DNA from: Octopus sinensis
Taxonomy: Eukaryota
Assembly: GCF_006345805.1 (NCBI RefSeq)
Contig: NC_043024.1
Coordinates: 18,290,001 to 18,354,000, forward strand
Length of the DNA: 64,000 nucleotides
Direction: 5' to 3'
The translations under genes were made by a program, and so were the position numbers. Position 1 is the stretch's first letter. Each line of letters opens with the position of its first letter. The notes below the pieces were generated by a model. It ran no database searches and was not told where the DNA came from. It worked only from the letters and a program-made list of their open reading frames with translations. Positions 62,441 to 64,000 of the stretch are shown one piece after another.

Positions 62441-62765
62441 ACACATGGCCACCTTCAGATATTATGCATGTATATTAACATGTATATTAACATGTATATT
62501 AACATGTATATTAACTACCATCACACATAGTTGCTTACACAGTCATGAAGTTTTAAAATAGTTTTACGTTCAATTATTTTCCATTTTAAAAGTGTGTTCG
62601 AAAAGTCTGTTGTTTTGTGAAGTCCAGAATTGATTAAGAATCTTCAGAAATTCTTTGATAATTCTATGTTTTCCTCTATTAGTGTTTTCACTGGCTTCTT
62701 TTGAGTGGCTTACATGTTATCTTGGTTGGTGTCGTAGAAAGTACGCTGCCAATTATGCTCTTGTG

Positions 62766-62801
<36 letters not shown>

Positions 62802-63044
62802 AGCAGTATATATACACTTAAACCACACAAGACTACATATGTATCATGTATCCGCCTTCTCCTCCTCTTCCTCCTCCTTCCCTTCTCCTCATCATCATCA
62901 TCGTCATCACTTAACGTATGCTTTCCATACTGATTGTTGCTGTTAAGGTTGGGACATGCACCATTTCTCCATTGTCTGTTCTGGCATGGTTTCTACAGCT
63001 GGATGCCCTTCCTAACCTCACAACATCATAAGCAGAAAGTGTAA

Positions 63045-63364
63045 CCCCTCTCGAAAGAGTGTTTCTCACTCCTGCTCCAGAGCGTCGGCTGGGGGGGGGG
63101 TCACTCCGAAAAGCTCTATCTGCGACGATTTCATCTCAATCAAAGGAGAGGGGCTTTCTCCGTCCGGGTTGCGGATCCGTGGAATAAGCTGCCGGACGAG
63201 ATAGTGAAGATGCCGACGACCGCTCGGTTCAAAGTCTCCCTTGACCACAGTTGCTTGAACTCTTTACATGAACACCACCCTGTACATAACTCCATGTCCC
63301 CCTACATGGCCTTGCTTTTTGCTTTTTGAGCCAAAAAATTAACTAACTAACTAACTAACTAACA
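63045..63364 (+). mobile_element. CR1-clade LINE 3' end with (TAAC)n tail
   Basis: GHSEKLYLRRFHLNQRRGAFSVRVADPWNKLPDEIVKMPTTARFKVSLD; tail TAACTAACTAAC. Confidence 0.88.
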
Positions 63365-63689
63365 TGCCAACCACTTTACAAACTGTATCGAGAGCTTTTT
63401 ATGTGGCACCAACATCAATGCTTTTAACATGGCATGAGTACAATTCCTTTTCATGTGGTATCAGCACCAGTAAGCTCTACATGGTACAAGCACCAGTATC
63501 AATTCTGCTTTTGTGGACGGGTCTTCTTGAGTACAGCAAGGTACCAGATATCTTGCTCTTCTGTCATCTCCTTCCGAAGAACCAGCATTCAATCCCTCCC
63601 CCAAAGTCTTCCTAGGTTTCCTTCTTCCTCAAGTTCCTTCCCCTCTAATTGGAACTTCAGTGTACAACTGCCTACATCCATATCTCTTT

Positions 63690-64000
63690 TCTCTTTTACT
63701 CTCTCTCTTTTACTCATTTCAGTCATTTGACTGTGGCCATGCTGGAGCACCGCCTTTAATCGAGCAACTTGACCCCAGGACTTATTCTTTTGTAAGCCCA
63801 GTACTTATTCTATCGGTCTCTTTTTGCCGAACCGCTAAGTGACAGGGACATAAACACACCAGCATCGGTTGTCAAGCAATGCTAGAGGGACAAACATATA
63901 CACACATATGCATATATATATATATATATATATACATATATACGACAGTCTTCTTTCAGTTTCCGTCTACCAAATCCACTCACAAGGCTTTGGTCGGCCC
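63690..64000 (-). mobile_element. SINE family S1, truncated by window end
   Basis: Colinear with 10343-10650. Confidence 0.88.

Noticed and set aside
63066-63248. Minus-strand ORF MVKGDFEPSG.. as a novel protein
   Set aside because: It is the antisense frame of a CR1 ORF2 terminus on the plus strand.

Overview
Extremely AT-rich, microsatellite-saturated eukaryotic DNA with one 100-N scaffold gap (58621-58720). The repeat content (tRNA-derived SINEs, R4/Dong, RTE and CR1 LINEs, mariners) looks like a coleoid cephalopod, most likely Octopus. This is recognition from memory, not a database result. I could not support any host protein-coding exon, rRNA, true tRNA or CRISPR array; the window reads as a large intron or intergenic DNA. 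Nearly all long ORFs in the supplied track are microsatellite translations. The protein-like segments I could identify are transposon-derived: a near-intact 5'-truncated R4/Dong LINE in (TAA)n, RTE and CR1 fragments, several Tc1/mariner relics, and Penelope-like (PLE) RT/GIY-YIG remnants largely missed by the ORF track. One further degenerate reading frame, in a 1.9-kb inverted duplication, I could not identify. Main observations: (1) about a dozen minimal type I hammerhead ribozymes or relics in at least five unrelated non-autonomous, (TA)n-associated PLE-type elements. These include a U3-A8 compensatory core variant in three copies and a tandem pair predicted to excise a 187-nt RNA. (2) Short-loop fold-back hairpins at the 5' truncation point of three independent RTE insertions. 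(3) A non-coding ~550-bp (TAA)n-targeted element with a near-fixed 5' end stacked behind Dong LINEs. (4) A 15 x 73-bp minisatellite built from a transposase catalytic motif. (5) A spacer-less ~356-bp palindrome. Ribozyme calls are manual folds and are untested. Coordinates of degenerate repeats are approximate.
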